Counted from the stretch's first letter, positions 13,822 through 29,265 are shown. The stretch: DNA of 64,000 nt from Eledone cirrhosa (GCA_964016885.1 OZ024752.1:1302001-1366000), one strand, 5' to 3'. Notes: a model not told the origin generated them from the letters alone. Translations and numbers: made by a program.

Positions 13822-14058
13822 ATACGAGGACGATTTGTTAAGCCTTCATTACGTATATTGATTGGTGACGCGCGTTTCGCTATTGATCAGCTCAAGTTTC
13901 GATCTGTATCGATCTGACCCGATTCTGGAATCAAAAGCTCGTAGTAATTTGATTCCAGAGTCGGGCCAGATTGACACAGATCGAACCTTCAGCTGATCAA
14001 TAGCGAAACGCGCGTCACCAAACAATAAGGGTAATGAAGGCTTAACAAATTGTCCTTG

Positions 14059-14062
<4 letters not shown>
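13822..14062. repeat. Fold-back palindrome containing hammerhead 3' halves
   Basis: About 115-bp imperfect arms, each ending GC-GAAA-CGCGCG-TC-ACCAA; abuts (TA)n. Confidence 0.8.
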
Positions 14063-14136
<74 letters not shown>

Positions 14137-14240
14137 ATAATAAATTGTAAGACTAAAATCCAAAGAGGCCTCGATAAGGATAAATATATGTCAAATATAT
14201 AAGAACCGTAGAGCAAATATTTATTAAAATAACAGATTAA

Positions 14241-14291
14241 AGTTTAAGCAAAGAATCGCTGCTTTCACCCTTAACGGGATCTTCTGAAACT
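14241..14291 (-). ncRNA. Hammerhead with a core mutation (CAGAAGA)
   Basis: AGTTT-CAGAAGA-TCCCgttaaGGGT-GAAA-GCAG..TTGC-TT-AAACT; the family 3' end also occurs at 52140-52258 and 3265-3306. Confidence 0.6.
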
Positions 14292-14555
14292 ATAAAAATC
14301 AATCTGTGAACGCAGAAGCAAATATTTCGAAAAAAGTTGCAACCGAAGGAAGACTGGAAGACGATACTTTGGTTCGTGGAAACGTTCCCTGGCAAAGAAC
14401 GAAAAAAAACGAAGAAATTACGTCATTATTTGGAGCGGTGAAAAACAATTATACGCAAAGACAAAACCACGTTTATGGTATAAATGAAGTCTTCGGTTGC
14501 AACCTTTCTGAAATATTTACTTCTGCGTTCACAGATTGACTTTTTTAGTTTCAGA

Positions 14556-14637
<82 letters not shown>

Positions 14638-14805
14638 TATTATGAAGTGTTCTGGCAGACAATGTTTATGATAAAGTTGTATCTCTATGTATAAATGCAG
14701 GGTTTAACCGAAACGAAACTGCATGGTGTTTATATAAATATACATATTCTTAATATGTTGACTTGTGAGCTTGCCAGCAAATAGTAATTTCCACTGAAAT
14801 TAAAA

Positions 14806-15026
14806 TGATGATTTCTAATATAGGCACAAGGCCAGTAATTTAGGGGGAAGAGAAAGTCTATTAAATCGACCCCATTGCGTTACTGGTGCTTTATTTTATC
14901 GACTCCGTAAGGATGAAAGGCAAAGTTAACCTCGGCGGGATTTGAATTCAGACCGTAAAGGACCTTAACTCTAAGCTGCAAAGCATGTTGTCCGACTCTC
15001 TACTAATACCGTCAATCTACCGCCCC
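14806..15026 (-). mobile_element. tRNA-derived SINE, long-tail variant
   Basis: Family homology. Confidence 0.8.
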
Positions 15027-15999
15027 ATGGAAATAAACACCCTTAATCGATTACCAGCTCTATTTGGATCTAAATTTATACAGATACAACTTCATATATA
15101 CCTCTGTTGGTAGCAGTTGATTGTAAATATAGTCCTGTTAGGGAATACATGTGACTTAAGGGAATAATGTGCCTCCACAGAATAGGTAGCAAATGCTTCT
15201 TAGTGCAAGTGGGCTGTGTATGGTGTGTCCTGCAAACTCTGATCTGCCTTATTTGACTATTCTCAAACTGTTTAAATTTTGTGGGAAATAGTGTAGTTGA
15301 TTTGTCACAATATCATAATCTGTAAGCGATCTAATATATTGACACAGGCTAGCTTTGTTGTTTATCTTTTGTTCACCAAATATGGTATTATTTGTGAATA
15401 ATCTAAGAGTGTTTGTACATTAATTTCATTTTCGTTTTCTATATGCAATATGTGCCGCTAATGTTGTCAAGTTACTATATCGCATATCTAGAATTTTATA
15501 TGAAATGTTAGGTTTTTAACTTGATGATTGTGATTAAACGATTTCAGAGGAATAATATAGTTTCTTTGATGTCTCATTTGATATATTTGTTTATTCTTAT
15601 GTTGGATATTTTAAGCTTAAATTTGTACAGATCTGTGTGCAAAAATCCGACAGAAAATTCAGTGATATACGTGAGTGTGGCAGAATGCTAAAGTCTTTAA
15701 TGTTATTTAACCACAGGTCAGCTCTGATCAATCATAATTATGATGAATCCATTCCATTCACGACCATTCCATCCATGCCCATGTTATCTAATTTGCAAAT
15801 AATAAGAGTAATTATTTAATATCCCGTATGTTCGTGATTTGGTTTGTGGGGAACGTGGTTGTTTTAGGTAGCACGACAAGTAACCATTCACTGTTCATCA
15901 GCTGCTCGTTCAAGTACATAAGTGATTGTGGTTGCCGTTTTTGGCATAACATATCTTAGATGAAATAGATTTGGGTGCTTGCGAGAAGCGCTTTGTATT

Positions 16000-16052
<53 letters not shown>

Positions 16053-17350
16053 CTACCCATATGTAATCGTTTTCCTCGCTATTTAACGTATAAGTGTCCA
16101 TTCTATGTTCCTGGGGTTAATGTCTTCATGATACTAACTTAATTAAATTATTGAGTCGGCGGGAAAACCATTGAAGGTGTATCGGTCCTATTCGATGGCT
16201 TCATTTTAATTATATATATATATATGTGAAATAATAAATGAATACAGGACGAAGCCAAAATCTTTGTTGATGTGTACGCTACTAGAGATGTGCATTTAAT
16301 AGGGTAATGTTTTATTGACTCCAAAATACATCACTTGTATCATTTCACAATTTTGAATGTTAATTTAATGTTTTGAATCAATGCAAAAAATGCAGAAGAA
16401 AAGTTTGAGTACGTTTTTTTTTTTTGCTTCTTATGTTCCATTGAGTGGTCTTTTGTTAAGTTTTAGAATAATTATAATTCGTCTAATTTTTAGTGTTAAT
16501 AACGGTAGCTCAATCTCTGATCTTTCTACAGCAGACCTGTAAAATGCTTCATTCTTTCATTGCGTAATTAGACTGTTAATTTGGGGAACGTTAACTGGTA
16601 TTTTTAGTAGGTCAGGCATAGAAAATTCCACTTCATCAATTAACTGAAAGGTTATTGCATTTGCATATTTCCCTTTTCCGTTTTGGTTTTATGTCTCTGG
16701 TGAAAAGAATTCGTTAAAAAGGTGGAGTACTTGGAAGAATGGATGCTGTGTTTATTCGATAATTGAGATTGGTTGCTGTTGCAAACATATCTGCTACTAG
16801 AAAATCTCTTTGGGCTTCTTACATGATAAGTGTTGTAGTTACTACAAGGAACCTTTCTACTTGTTACGTTGCAGTTTAATGCATTTTTTATGTTGTTCAA
16901 GTTGGATAAGTGTAATGGCTAGGTTTTGGCATATATTTTGTTTATTGCATTGTTATTTCCGTTTGTTGGGCCTTGATACAGGTTTTTATTGTATGTCTGC
17001 ATGGTCTGTGGTCTCTTGTACTTGCAGATATTTCTGGATTTTGCGAAATTTGTTATTTCAAGAGGCTAGTTTTATTTCCCTATTATGGGATGTGATTTTG
17101 CAGGAGCCAAGATATATTCTGTTGAGCATTGTAGTATTTAGTTGTGAAATTGTGTAGCTTTGTAATGCTATGAATTCGAATTAATTTAAAGTTACTATTA
17201 TTAATCAGCGTTCGGTGCGATGATATTCAATAAGTGACAGAAGTTGTCGATATTACACTATGTTAATTAGACTTTTTCTGAAAATGGTGTCACATGTTAT
17301 AACATTATAATCGTGTTGCTGAGGTAAGCGGGTGCATATGTGTGTTTATA

Positions 17351-17724
<374 letters not shown>

Positions 17725-18122
17725 GTATTACTTATTGTTGTTGATGTAATTAATATTATTCATATAAAGAGTGGTACAAATTTTATTCTATGTTACATTT
17801 TGTTTATTTTGGTCGAAGAGTTTTTATTTTGATTCCTATGGCCCAAAGAGAAAATAGAGTTAGACTTTGACAGATCTGATAGAATTAGATATCAAGAACG
17901 TGGACAAGTAATATTGTATAGTACTATAGACTGTTGCAATGTTTAAAAAGACCATACCGACATTGTTGCAGACGTGCAAATGCACACGCGTGTGTACGTG
18001 CGCGCACGTGCACACACACATACAACAAAGCATGTTGAAGCCACGTATGATACTCTCTTACACACACACACACATGCCCGCACACACACACACACACGCA
18101 TGCACACACACACATATATATA

Positions 18123-18161
<39 letters not shown>

Positions 18162-18199
18162 GTGGAGAGGAGGCACACGAGTTAGGATATATATATATA

Positions 18200-18533
18200 T
18201 ATGAAAACAAGGAGAAAGAGACGATTATGAGGAAAACAAAATATTTTTTTCCTTTTTTTTGTGTGTCTCTCTCTTTTTTCTGGGTTACAAAATGATTAGA
18301 ACGAAATGTTTTACTTTGTGTGAAGAAACCGGTAATAGACAATAATTAAATATATAAATAGATAAATAAATGCCATTGTTAAATAATAAATAAATCATCT
18401 AATACCTTAACACTTTACACAAAGTAAAACATTTCGTTCTAATCATTTTCTAACCCAGAAGAGAGAGAGAGAGAGACACAAAAAAAGGAAAAAAAAATTT
18501 TTTTCTTCCTCATAATCGTCTCTTTCTCCCTGT

Positions 18534-18540
<7 letters not shown>
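18200..18540. repeat. (TA)n-flanked inverted repeat, about 120-bp arms
   Basis: 18200-18321 is the reverse complement of 18417-18540. Confidence 0.85.
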
Positions 18541-18601
<61 letters not shown>

Positions 18602-19096
18602 GTATATGCATGTTGAGGCATCTTCGGTATGTAGGCTACAAATCTATTTTTCTAACGTGATGTTCTCTACCTGTACACAATTGTCAATATTTTAATTAGC
18701 GTTGTCATGAAATCGAACTTGATTTTATATAGGCTTCTGCACTCTTGGTAATTCAGCTGTAATAGATGTCAATCGATAAAAATCAGATATTATGCCTTCC
18801 ATGAGGCGTACACAAATTTATATGACATTTCTGATGAATGTCAGTTTCTTTTGTCATATATCGCACTACCGATTTAATAACTGCATGCTATCTATCTATC
18901 TATTTATCTATTTACCTATCTATCTATCTATCTATCTAGCCATCAATCTGTGTATGCCTCTCAGTCTGACCCTCTCTCTCTCTTTATATATATATATGTT
19001 CCGAAGAGATTGCTTTGGTAAAAACAGGAGAAAGCTCTAAATATTCGTACTTTTTAGTTACAATGGAGATTTTTAAAATATAAATAACAAAACTGA

Positions 19097-19283
19097 TAAT
19101 TGTTTCTACTTTAGGCACAAGGCCAGCAATTACCCAGTACATTACTGGTACTTTATTTTATCGACCCCCTAAGGATGAAAGGCAAAGTTAACCTCGGCGG
19201 GATTTGAACTCAGCATGTAAAGGGACGTAACTATGCTAGAAAGCATGGCTTCCAACCCTCCACCGATACTGCCAATTCCCCGT
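19097..19283 (-). mobile_element. tRNA-derived SINE
   Basis: Full-length family copy. Confidence 0.85.
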
Positions 19284-19982
19284 CAATAACAAAAATAATA
19301 ATGCTGATGTTACATAAATCATTTAAGCCATTTGTTGTTGTTGTTAAGAGAACGGTATCCTCAGATGAAACCCGATTGAGTGATATGCTGCCGCCATGAA
19401 AGAACACACGTCATTCTGCTAGTGTGTCCAGCAGACATATGAGATCGTGAAGGGGTACCTAGCCGTCGTGTTTGTTGGAGTAAGGTGCTATGAACGTGTC
19501 AATTAGTGAAATCAGGATTCATACATCCTCCACGGAGTTGAGGTCGTAAATCAGCAGAGAGGTAACCTCTCAAGTATGACGTCTTGAACTGTATTAAACG
19601 AAAAGCTATGCGAAGCCAAAGCCCAGTAGATAGTGGAAGCAATAAATGGAACTCTGAATGAGGGAGAGGTATATATTTAGTTCACAGCCACATTTAAGAC
19701 AACAGCTACAACAACAATTACAGAAGCAACAATCATAACAGCAACCACAACGACAGCAAATACTGACTAAGGTCTCCTAAACAGGCCGCTGGGACTCATA
19801 TGTCTGCTGGACACACGAGCAGAATGCCGTGTGTTCTTTCCTGCCGGCAGCATATCACTAAATCGGATTTCATCTGAGGATACCGTTCTCATAACAACAA
19901 CTAGGACTTCTCGATTGCATGGAGAACAATGCAAATAATTATAATGATTAAACGATTTATGTAACATCACCATTACTTTTAT

Positions 19983-20069
<87 letters not shown>

Positions 20070-20103
20070 CGATATTAACAAATGAAAACTATATTTATAA
20101 AAC

Positions 20104-20181
20104 CATATTTATTTCATTATATATATTTCAAGGACACCAAGTTAAATTATGGTGTGCTTTCTTCAGATAAAATATAATATA
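20104..20181 (-). ncRNA. Minimal hammerhead (family A)
   Basis: TATTTTAT-CTGAAGA-AAGcACACCA..TGGTGTcCTT-GAAA-TATATA-TA-ATGAAATA. Confidence 0.7.
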
Positions 20182-20509
20182 GACCAGTTTTATAAATAAA
20201 TATTGACATACCCTTAAAGAATGCAACCATTACTGTTGGAAGCTCCCGGATAGTGGAGTTATAACTTTAATTATATTATTAGGTAAGTTAGTATTGGATA
20301 TTTTTAAATAAGCCGTTGGGTTACGGAGAAAGAGAATTTACCATAATTTAACTTGGTGTCCTTGAAATATGTATAATGAAATATTGTGGTTTTATAAATA
20401 TAGTTTCCATTTGTTAATATCTTATTTTTACTCCAAATATTTGTTGAGTGCTTTATATCAGTTATAAAAATATTTGCTTGTTGTATCCCAACAATTTAAA
20501 TAGAGCTTT

Positions 20510-20558
<49 letters not shown>

Positions 20559-21531
20559 CTAACTATATATCTATACTATTCACCTATAGTTAGGAACAAT
20601 ACGGTATTAGCAGAAAGAATACTCTCTAGATTTACGTCCGACCAGCAGATATTCGAACGACGATGCATTAGTGAGAAGTCTCCTAAGAGAAAAATATAGT
20701 ATACACGGATGAGACAACCCTACTAAACCCTGAGAGTTAAAAGGGGAGGAATAAAATGTTTACTCTCTCGATTCAATCTAGAAATGTAGGAGACTATAGG
20801 CGCGAAATACCTCAATCAGAGAACTTATTTAGCTCTAATCACAACAAGCTCTTACCCTAATAAAATCATGTCGTTAGTTACTTGAGATATAGCAAGTTAT
20901 AACAGGTGAAAGCCAGCAACCCACAATAATTACCGCACATATTAATATAGAAATAGGGAAACCCGACCGGCTGACCCCATATATGGATCCTGACGTTCAC
21001 GGGCCGTGATATCCTGTGACAATTTCATATCACAGGCGACTTCCAGAGGAACTATGTGGGCCTAACAGCCGATGAGTTAAAGGGAAGGTCTTCCCTTTTG
21101 AAGAGGAACAGAGGAGAAATGTATAGTATTGTCCGTTTCATCTAGATGCTTTGTCACCGAGGGCACAATATTCTTATCCATAAAAGGAGCATCTGGATTA
21201 AGTACTTCATACCACCGTGGCGTGGCGATGGCAATTAGCAACCCGGCCACCAAGGAGATTGTATAAACGATATTAATTAAAATGAAAACTGACCTAATGC
21301 TTTGCTTCCATCGAATGTGGATCCAGTTTGCAAAGTTTAAACCATTGGTGCCGGATATCCAACATAGACCACTTTAGTTCCTTCCGACTGTTATGCATGT
21401 GAGGGAGTGTTAGGTAGAACCAGCACCATCATAGTAAGAACACCACTACCAGACTTCCCAAATCATATATATATATATATATATAATATATATATATATA
21501 TATAATATATATATATATATATAATATATAT

Positions 21532-21563
<32 letters not shown>

Positions 21564-21621
21564 ATATATATATATATATATTAAAATATAAATATTAATA
21601 AAATAGATGTTCTTTTGATCA

Positions 21622-21684
21622 ATTACATTTCATTATACATATTTCGGATGTACGACAGTACGTCCTCATCAGACAAAATATAAT
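21622..21684 (-). ncRNA. Type-I hammerhead ribozyme, core intact (left arm of a palindrome)
   Basis: Reverse-complement copy of 21784-21846; the single difference gives a G-U pair in stem I. Confidence 0.85.
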
Positions 21685-21783
21685 GATACATGACATACCC
21701 TGAGATGTTAAATGGTTAAGATTTAATCAAGGTAGTAAATGTTAAATCTTAACCATTTAACATCTCAGGGTTTGTCATGTATC

Positions 21784-21846
21784 ATTATATTTTGTCTGAT
21801 GAGGACGTACTGTCGTACATCCGAAATATGTATAATAAAATGTAAT
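21784..21846 (+). ncRNA. Type-I hammerhead ribozyme, core intact
   Basis: ATTATATTTTGT-CTGATGA-GGAcGTAC tgtc GTACaTCC-GAAA-TATGTA-TA-ATAAAATGTAAT; 12-bp stem I. Confidence 0.85.
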
Positions 21847-22241
21847 TGATCAAAAGAACATCTATTATATTAATATTTATATTTTAATATTAATAACTCC
21901 GGCAAACTTTTTTACCGTAGAGTGCTTTCAATCTACTGTAAATCTCATTCTTTGACATAATCATTGTATATTGTTTAACACTTTAATATATATATATATA
22001 TATATATAAAAGAAATAGGATTTCGCTTCAAGCATAGCGTTATACAATATCAATAAATATTTCGTATTTCCAAAGAATACGGTTTTTTATAAAAAAATTT
22101 TATTATAATACTTTTTATTATAAGTTGAGCCAACTTATGCAGCTTCATATGCAAATGAGATTAATCACCTCATTTACACAGACGAGAAAAGTATATATTC
22201 TCGCCTGTCTTCTCGTCCAGCAGTCGCAAGCGGTGGGAGGG

Positions 22242-22285
22242 ACCGTCGTGACGAAGGCCAGTTAAGCCTGAAATGCATAGACGGT
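22242..22285 (+). ncRNA. Minimal hammerhead with a C3->G core mutation
   Basis: ACCGTC-GTGACGA-AGGC cagttaa GCCT-GAAA-TGCA-TA-GACGGT; paralog at 44417. Confidence 0.7.
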
Positions 22286-23127
22286 TGTCCCCCTTGCTTC
22301 TGCTGGACATCACCAGAGGGCGTTAGCACCCCGGTGTTTGCATAGCTACGACTTCCTAAAACCGTATTTCTTTGGAGATACGAAATATTTATATATATAT
22401 ATAAAGAGTGAGAGAGGGAGGTAGATGGATAGATATATATATATACACAAACATACGCACACACAGTCTCTTACGCATTCACATACAGCCACATTATATA
22501 TGTATATAAGAATGTTTGTATGTTTATATGTATATAGTGTGACAGATGTAGAGATACACAGATGAATCAGTTAATCGAAGTCAAAGAATAATATAGAAAT
22601 GTATGTCGACGTAATATGATTCTAGAAAATGGAAATAAATTGAATTTCAGTTCGAGAAGAGTGTCTAATAGAAATGGCTACGTCAGAAAACTTGATGAAG
22701 TATATGGAACACCATTTGCTCGGACAGGATGCGTCACAGCAGCAGGCTTAAATATAGTTAGACATTCGTTTTCCAGAAGATAGGAAGGACGTTAAGGTTG
22801 AACACATTTCTTCGTTGTGAAGTGGCAGATGTGAAGAGGAAAAATAACTGAGACAAATAAAATAAAGATTGACGAAAAACAGCGGAAGCTTAAAGTGATG
22901 AAAGTTTTCTATAATGGGTAATACATTAAAGAAGCTAAACTTGCTAAATGGAGAAGAATCAGATAGAAGCATTTCATGGAAGGATGAAAGAAATATATAA
23001 ATAAAAATGTATTAATGTCAACAATTATTGATCACTTCGTCGGAAAGACTGGAAATACAGAAAACAAAAAGAAAAAAAATGAAAGGAAGAAAACGCAGAA
23101 CGCTTCTATATAACTAGTAATCAAGAA

Positions 23128-23695
<568 letters not shown>

Positions 23696-24105
23696 AAAAT
23701 TAAACAAACTAACTGAAATATATGTAAATCACATTATGATTGTCTTATTTCAAAACTGTCTTAACACTGCAAAGAAAAGAGGCGGAATTCAAATTAACTA
23801 TGAATGGTAGAAAACAGAAGATAAAGAAAAAACGCAACGTATAGATTTCTTAGAAAAATGACAAGGGAATAGAAATACATGAAACACGTACACCTGAAAT
23901 CACCTAGTACATTACATACATACCTTCATACATAATATACACATATACATCTGTGTTTGTGAGCGTTTGACAGAGAGAGAAAGTAAGGGTTGCGTGAGAT
24001 TCCTAACGCACAAATATTTACACGAGAAATGTATTTGTGTTTATTTCTATGTATACATACATACAAACAGACATAAATAATACATACACACATACATACA
24101 GAAAT

Positions 24106-24176
<71 letters not shown>

Positions 24177-24280
24177 TAAAATATATATATAAATGTACAC
24201 ATAGACGTATGAATATATACATATTTATATATATCGACACACAAAATACACACATACACATACACACATACACACATATA

Positions 24281-24323
<43 letters not shown>

Positions 24324-24543
24324 AAAGTTATATTTAAAATTGTTGGGTTACAACTAGTAAATATTTATAACTGATATAAAAGCACTCGACAAATATTTGG
24401 AGTATATTTACAATATTAAATAAATGGAAACTATATTTATAAAACCATATTTATTTCATTATATATCATCTGCCAGCTCAACCTCTCCAAATGCAAGTCG
24501 GTGTTGTTACGGTATGTCGAATCTATTTATCTATAAAACTGTT

Positions 24544-24622
24544 TATATTCTATTTTGTCTGAGGAAGGCATAGCATATTGTTAATATGATATCCCCGAAA
24601 TATATATAATGAAATAAATATG
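24544..24622 (+). ncRNA. Minimal hammerhead (family A) inside an inverted fragment at 24322-24660
   Basis: TATTTTGT-CTGAGGA-..CATATTgttAATATG..-GAAA-TATATA-TA-ATGAAATA. Confidence 0.7.
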
Positions 24623-24653
24623 GTTTTATAAATATAGTTTCCATTTATTTAAT

Positions 24654-24745
<92 letters not shown>

Positions 24746-25737
24746 AAAGGTCAAAATGCAAAAACACAGAGACGTGCAATTGAATAGTGGCATATTAACT
24801 TAACCATCGGTATATTTGTATAAGTGTCCCACACTTTTGGCCGATATTCCATTATCGGAAGATAGAAACAGGGAAAGAAGGGTCGATGTATTTGTGAGGG
24901 AAGATACTGTGTATTCGGGAGATAGTAAGGAAACAAATGATAAACGAGACTTAAGAGGAAACCGGAGGTGTTAGATACGAGAGAATACACATCTTATATC
25001 AATTTAGGCCCCTTGTAAAATGAGAACAAGAAAGATCAGAAGGAGACTATATGGGTAAAATGTTACTGAAAAGGAGATGAACGCCGGTGAAGTGGAAAAT
25101 GTTCCATTGTCCATAGCTGCCAAGGTAAGAAATTCAGTGTATCTGATGAACCGTTGAACCCACTACAAATGTTTCCGAAGTGAAATGATTAACCACTAAA
25201 TGATGAGTAGATAGAAAAACTATAAAAATCCCCCACACATTTTTCTGTCTTTACTGTTAGGTAATACATGAATTTTGAACAACACATTTGAAAAGTAGCA
25301 TTAAATTTGGCAAAACACTTGCGTTATCTAATTACAACTGTTTCTGGTGTGAGTTCAAACTTGGTATTGATTCTTCTGGAATCGATAAAATAGTCAAATG
25401 TAAATAAACCAGGACGTTTAACCAGACTACACACAAATTCAATTTATTTATCTCGTGCAACAAAGAGAATTTGGGACTAATACGCCCCCTCCCCCCACCC
25501 CACAAAAACACATACACACACATATATATATATATATATATATGTGTGTATGTGTATGTTTGTGTGTGTGTCTGTGTGTGTGTCTAAATGTGTGTATATA
25601 TATATATATATATATAATTGGTGTGGGATGCTTAAAGCATCCGTAAGCGGTAGGCCGTTTGAGCACTCGATGCTCTTACAGAGCAGAGTATAATATCACA
25701 TAAGAAACGAAGTACCAGTAGCGCGACGAATAACATT

Positions 25738-25957
<220 letters not shown>

Positions 25958-25980
25958 ATATATATATATATATATAATAA

Positions 25981-26170
25981 GGGCGGTAGATTGGCAGTAT
26001 CGGTAGAGGGTCGGATGCCATGCTTTCCAGCATAGTTACGTCCCTTTACCATCTGAGTTCAAATCCCGCCGAGATTGACTTTGCCTTTCATCCTTACGGG
26101 GTCGATAAAATAAAGTACCAGTAATGAACTGGGTAATTGCTGGCCTTGTGCCTAAAGTAGAAACAATTAT
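25981..26170 (+). mobile_element. tRNA-derived SINE
   Basis: A box tggcagtatcgg, B box gagttcaaatccc. Confidence 0.85.
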
Positions 26171-26283
26171 AATAAATGTTCGGTGAATCCATACGTGTAT
26201 ATATATATATATATGTGCATGTATGTATATGTATATACATATAACTGTACGTCTGTATACATATATGTATGTACGTATACATA

Positions 26284-26317
<34 letters not shown>

Positions 26318-27309
26318 CGTGTGTGTGTGTGTGTGAATGTATGTGTGTGTATATAGATGTATATGTGTGTAACTTTGCATGTATGTAGACGCATGGCTTA
26401 GCGGAAGGGCATTCAGCTCAAGATTGTATGGTCATGATTTCGATCCACAGCTGCACCGTTTCTCACAGTTAGAAATAATCAATTGTATCTGTTGTTAAAA
26501 TTGCCAGCCTTATTTCACAAAATTTTCAATAGAATATTCAGCCACGTACCTATTGATTTCACAAGCAGGCTGTGCTGTTGTTCCAACAACTGGAACACTC
26601 GTCATCGAAACCAACGGAGGTACAGCAATATTTTGTAAACATACATGTGACGTGTGTGTGTATATTTTCTTACAGTATATGGGTTACTAAAAACATAAAG
26701 TACGGTTGTAATTCCAGGAAAATTCATCCTTTCTCATTTATGTAAATTGCAATTAGAATTCATTGATTTATGATCAGGCAATACGCTGATATCATTAAAA
26801 ATGAACATTTAATTAAAGTTTGTTATATGGTGAATAATGTTACTATTGCGATGTTAACAGTTTTGTCAAGAAATCAATTATGTCCTTAAAATTATTTTCA
26901 TTAGAGCAAACATTTACGATTCCCAAACTGAATGATTTAAAAGCATTGGAGTAACTAATTTCATTTAAAACTAAATCAATACAAAATATGTCAGGTCGAT
27001 CCAGCGAGGGAAGTTTTTGTGGTAGTTTGACTTGTTAAAAATAGTAACACATTCTTCTTAAAGCTAAAGCATTCCATTTGAAAAGTGAATGATACATCAA
27101 AGTTATATACGCTATTTTAATAATAATGACTACGAGATTATCTGCTTGAATGGAGCTGACAGATGCTAAATAAGACCATATGAAATATAGTTGTTTTAAA
27201 TCATTTCGTTTTTAACAGCAACCGATATTTGGAAAGGTTGTATCGTAATGAAACTAAACCAAACATTTGTGATGCAAGGATACATTTTAGAAAATATCTG
27301 GCTAATTAC

Positions 27310-27412
27310 GACGTGATCCTGTACGGCAAACTACTGACTCATTCTGAATATATACGCTACACTGGTTCCAGAGCGTTGTTGTACAAGCATTAAAATTGGT
27401 GTCATGACAACT
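27310..27412 (-). pseudogene. Candidate exon (phase 0-1), Cys-rich
   Basis: aatttcag|SCHDTNFNACTTTLWNQCSVYIQNESVVCRTGSR|gtaatt. Confidence 0.45.
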
Positions 27413-28019
27413 CTGAAATTAACCTGTCATTGTATTTGCCCAGAAGATAAAAATATAACACTCCTGTTACAAGCTTTTATAAAGAATATTACAGATTCAT
27501 ATAATTGGATAATATTATTTTAATAGTTGAGCACGTGAAAAAAACAAAGGAAATAATCATTGTGGAATGTTACGAAGAAATTATGTTGTGTACCCGCAAA
27601 AATAAACTTTAAAACAATATATAATGTTTTAGGTTTAAGGGGTTAGCAACAGGTTATACAGCGCCAACTATTATTTTCTTTACTAATCGCTTTCCATTCC
27701 CCCTGAGCAGTGATATAATATTTATAGAACTGGAGAGACAAAACTATTGTTTATGTATTAACTACCTTCGCCAAATACATTCCTCTTGATATCAAAAAAC
27801 GTGCTCGTGAACCTCTGAGCAAATTCCATCGTGGGGTGAAATTCGTTTCAAGACACAATTAATGAACTTTAATAAAACTTTCCATATGTTCCCTGTTGAA
27901 TATTAATGTATATCTCTTTGTTACTTCTGAGGAAACATAGTCATGTATATGCTAAAATATAATTTAGTACTCAGAGACAGCGTTGATCGTACAATATAAA
28001 TATATATATATATACACAC

Positions 28020-28087
28020 ACTGCAATCCCTGATACTGGACGGACATAAAATTATAAAATAACTTTCGACAGGATAAATACGCGGAA
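28020..28087 (-). pseudogene. Candidate exon (phase 1-0)
   Basis: gcttttag|xPRIYPVESYFIILCPSSIRDCS|gtgtgt. Confidence 0.35.
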
Positions 28088-28523
28088 CTAAAAGCAATGA
28101 TAAACCCCTATTTTCCTGCAGCAAATTGCATTTGCACAGAGGCCTTGAATGGAAGCCCCCTCACTTCATCAGATAACGAATTTTTATATGCACTTTAAAT
28201 GGACAAAATTGAGAATCATCCTAACCACTTATACCCTCATTTCTTCGTATATGTTTCTCATATATATCTCCTATCTCATTTTACATATATATCTCCTGTC
28301 TCATTTTGAATCTATGTATTTTTTGTGTATTTTATATTTTGTATTTTTTGTTTTGATTCATGTGATAGAGATATTAATTATGTATTTGCCTAACTACTAC
28401 GTTTCATACTGTAATTTACCCTCCGTTCTACTGCACGGTACTATCGTTCAATATATGGATAATAGATCTGTAATATTGGTCCTTCTTACTATAATTTAAA
28501 TATCTCCCTATTTATTAGTTATT

Positions 28524-28704
28524 ATGGTGGATTGGCAGTATCGGTAGGACGCCATGCTTTCCAGCATAGTTACGTCCCTTTACGATCTGAGTTCAAATCC
28601 CGCCGAGGTTGACTTTGCCTTTCATCCTTACGGGGTCGATAAAATAAAGTACCAGTAATGCACTGGGTAATTGCTGGCCTTGTGCCTAAAGTAGAAACAA
28701 TTAT
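28524..28704 (+). mobile_element. tRNA-derived SINE
   Basis: Family homology with a small deletion in the head. Confidence 0.85.
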
Positions 28705-29203
28705 ATGTACACATATTTTTTTACTTACTTCAATCAAGATTTTAACTGGTAATTATTTTAAAATGTTTGATTTTTAATTTTTAGTTTTAATTTATAATTC
28801 TCAATCATAATACCTAGAAATAAATATATATTCTCTTAGCAGGTGATGGTCAATCCTACTGTCCATGCTTAATTTAAGGGTGTATTGAGACCTATTGAAA
28901 CTCATACTCTCCCACCCCCACTAGCTTTCGGCCACTTCCACTGGCAGGGTGGCTAGCAGTAAACTATAACAGTGTCATATTATAGACCTGGATGGGGTGA
29001 TTGTTTGGTTGAGAGGGGGACCTGCCTAGGCGAGTTTAATAGAACTTTGGGGGTAGTTGATGGTCAACTTTCTTCGGACTTGCGGTGGGGGTGAATTGGA
29101 ACTCACAAGGGAGCGGGCGAAGAATTCAATGGCACACGCTTTGTCCGTTCCCAAGTCGATTCAATTTGGATTGCCTCGGAAACATAACATTATTATGTAA
29201 GAA

Positions 29204-29265
29204 GCTGTCTGATGATGTCACACCGAACGTGTAGCCACTGTCGTCATTGAAATATGTATCACAGC
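29204..29265 (+). ncRNA. Hammerhead with a degenerate stem II
   Basis: GCTGT-CTGATGA-...-GAAA-TATGTA-TC-ACAGC; about 55 nt before a TA tract. Confidence 0.6.

Noticed and set aside
15150-17160. Possible very old retroelement coding remnants on the minus strand
   Set aside because: No diagnostic motif could be read with confidence
25981-26070. tRNA gene
   Set aside because: The A and B boxes belong to a SINE head; there is no complete cloverleaf and it continues into the SINE body
27766-27892. Additional AG/GT-bounded exon
   Set aside because: Stops in all three frames and no phase fit with its neighbours
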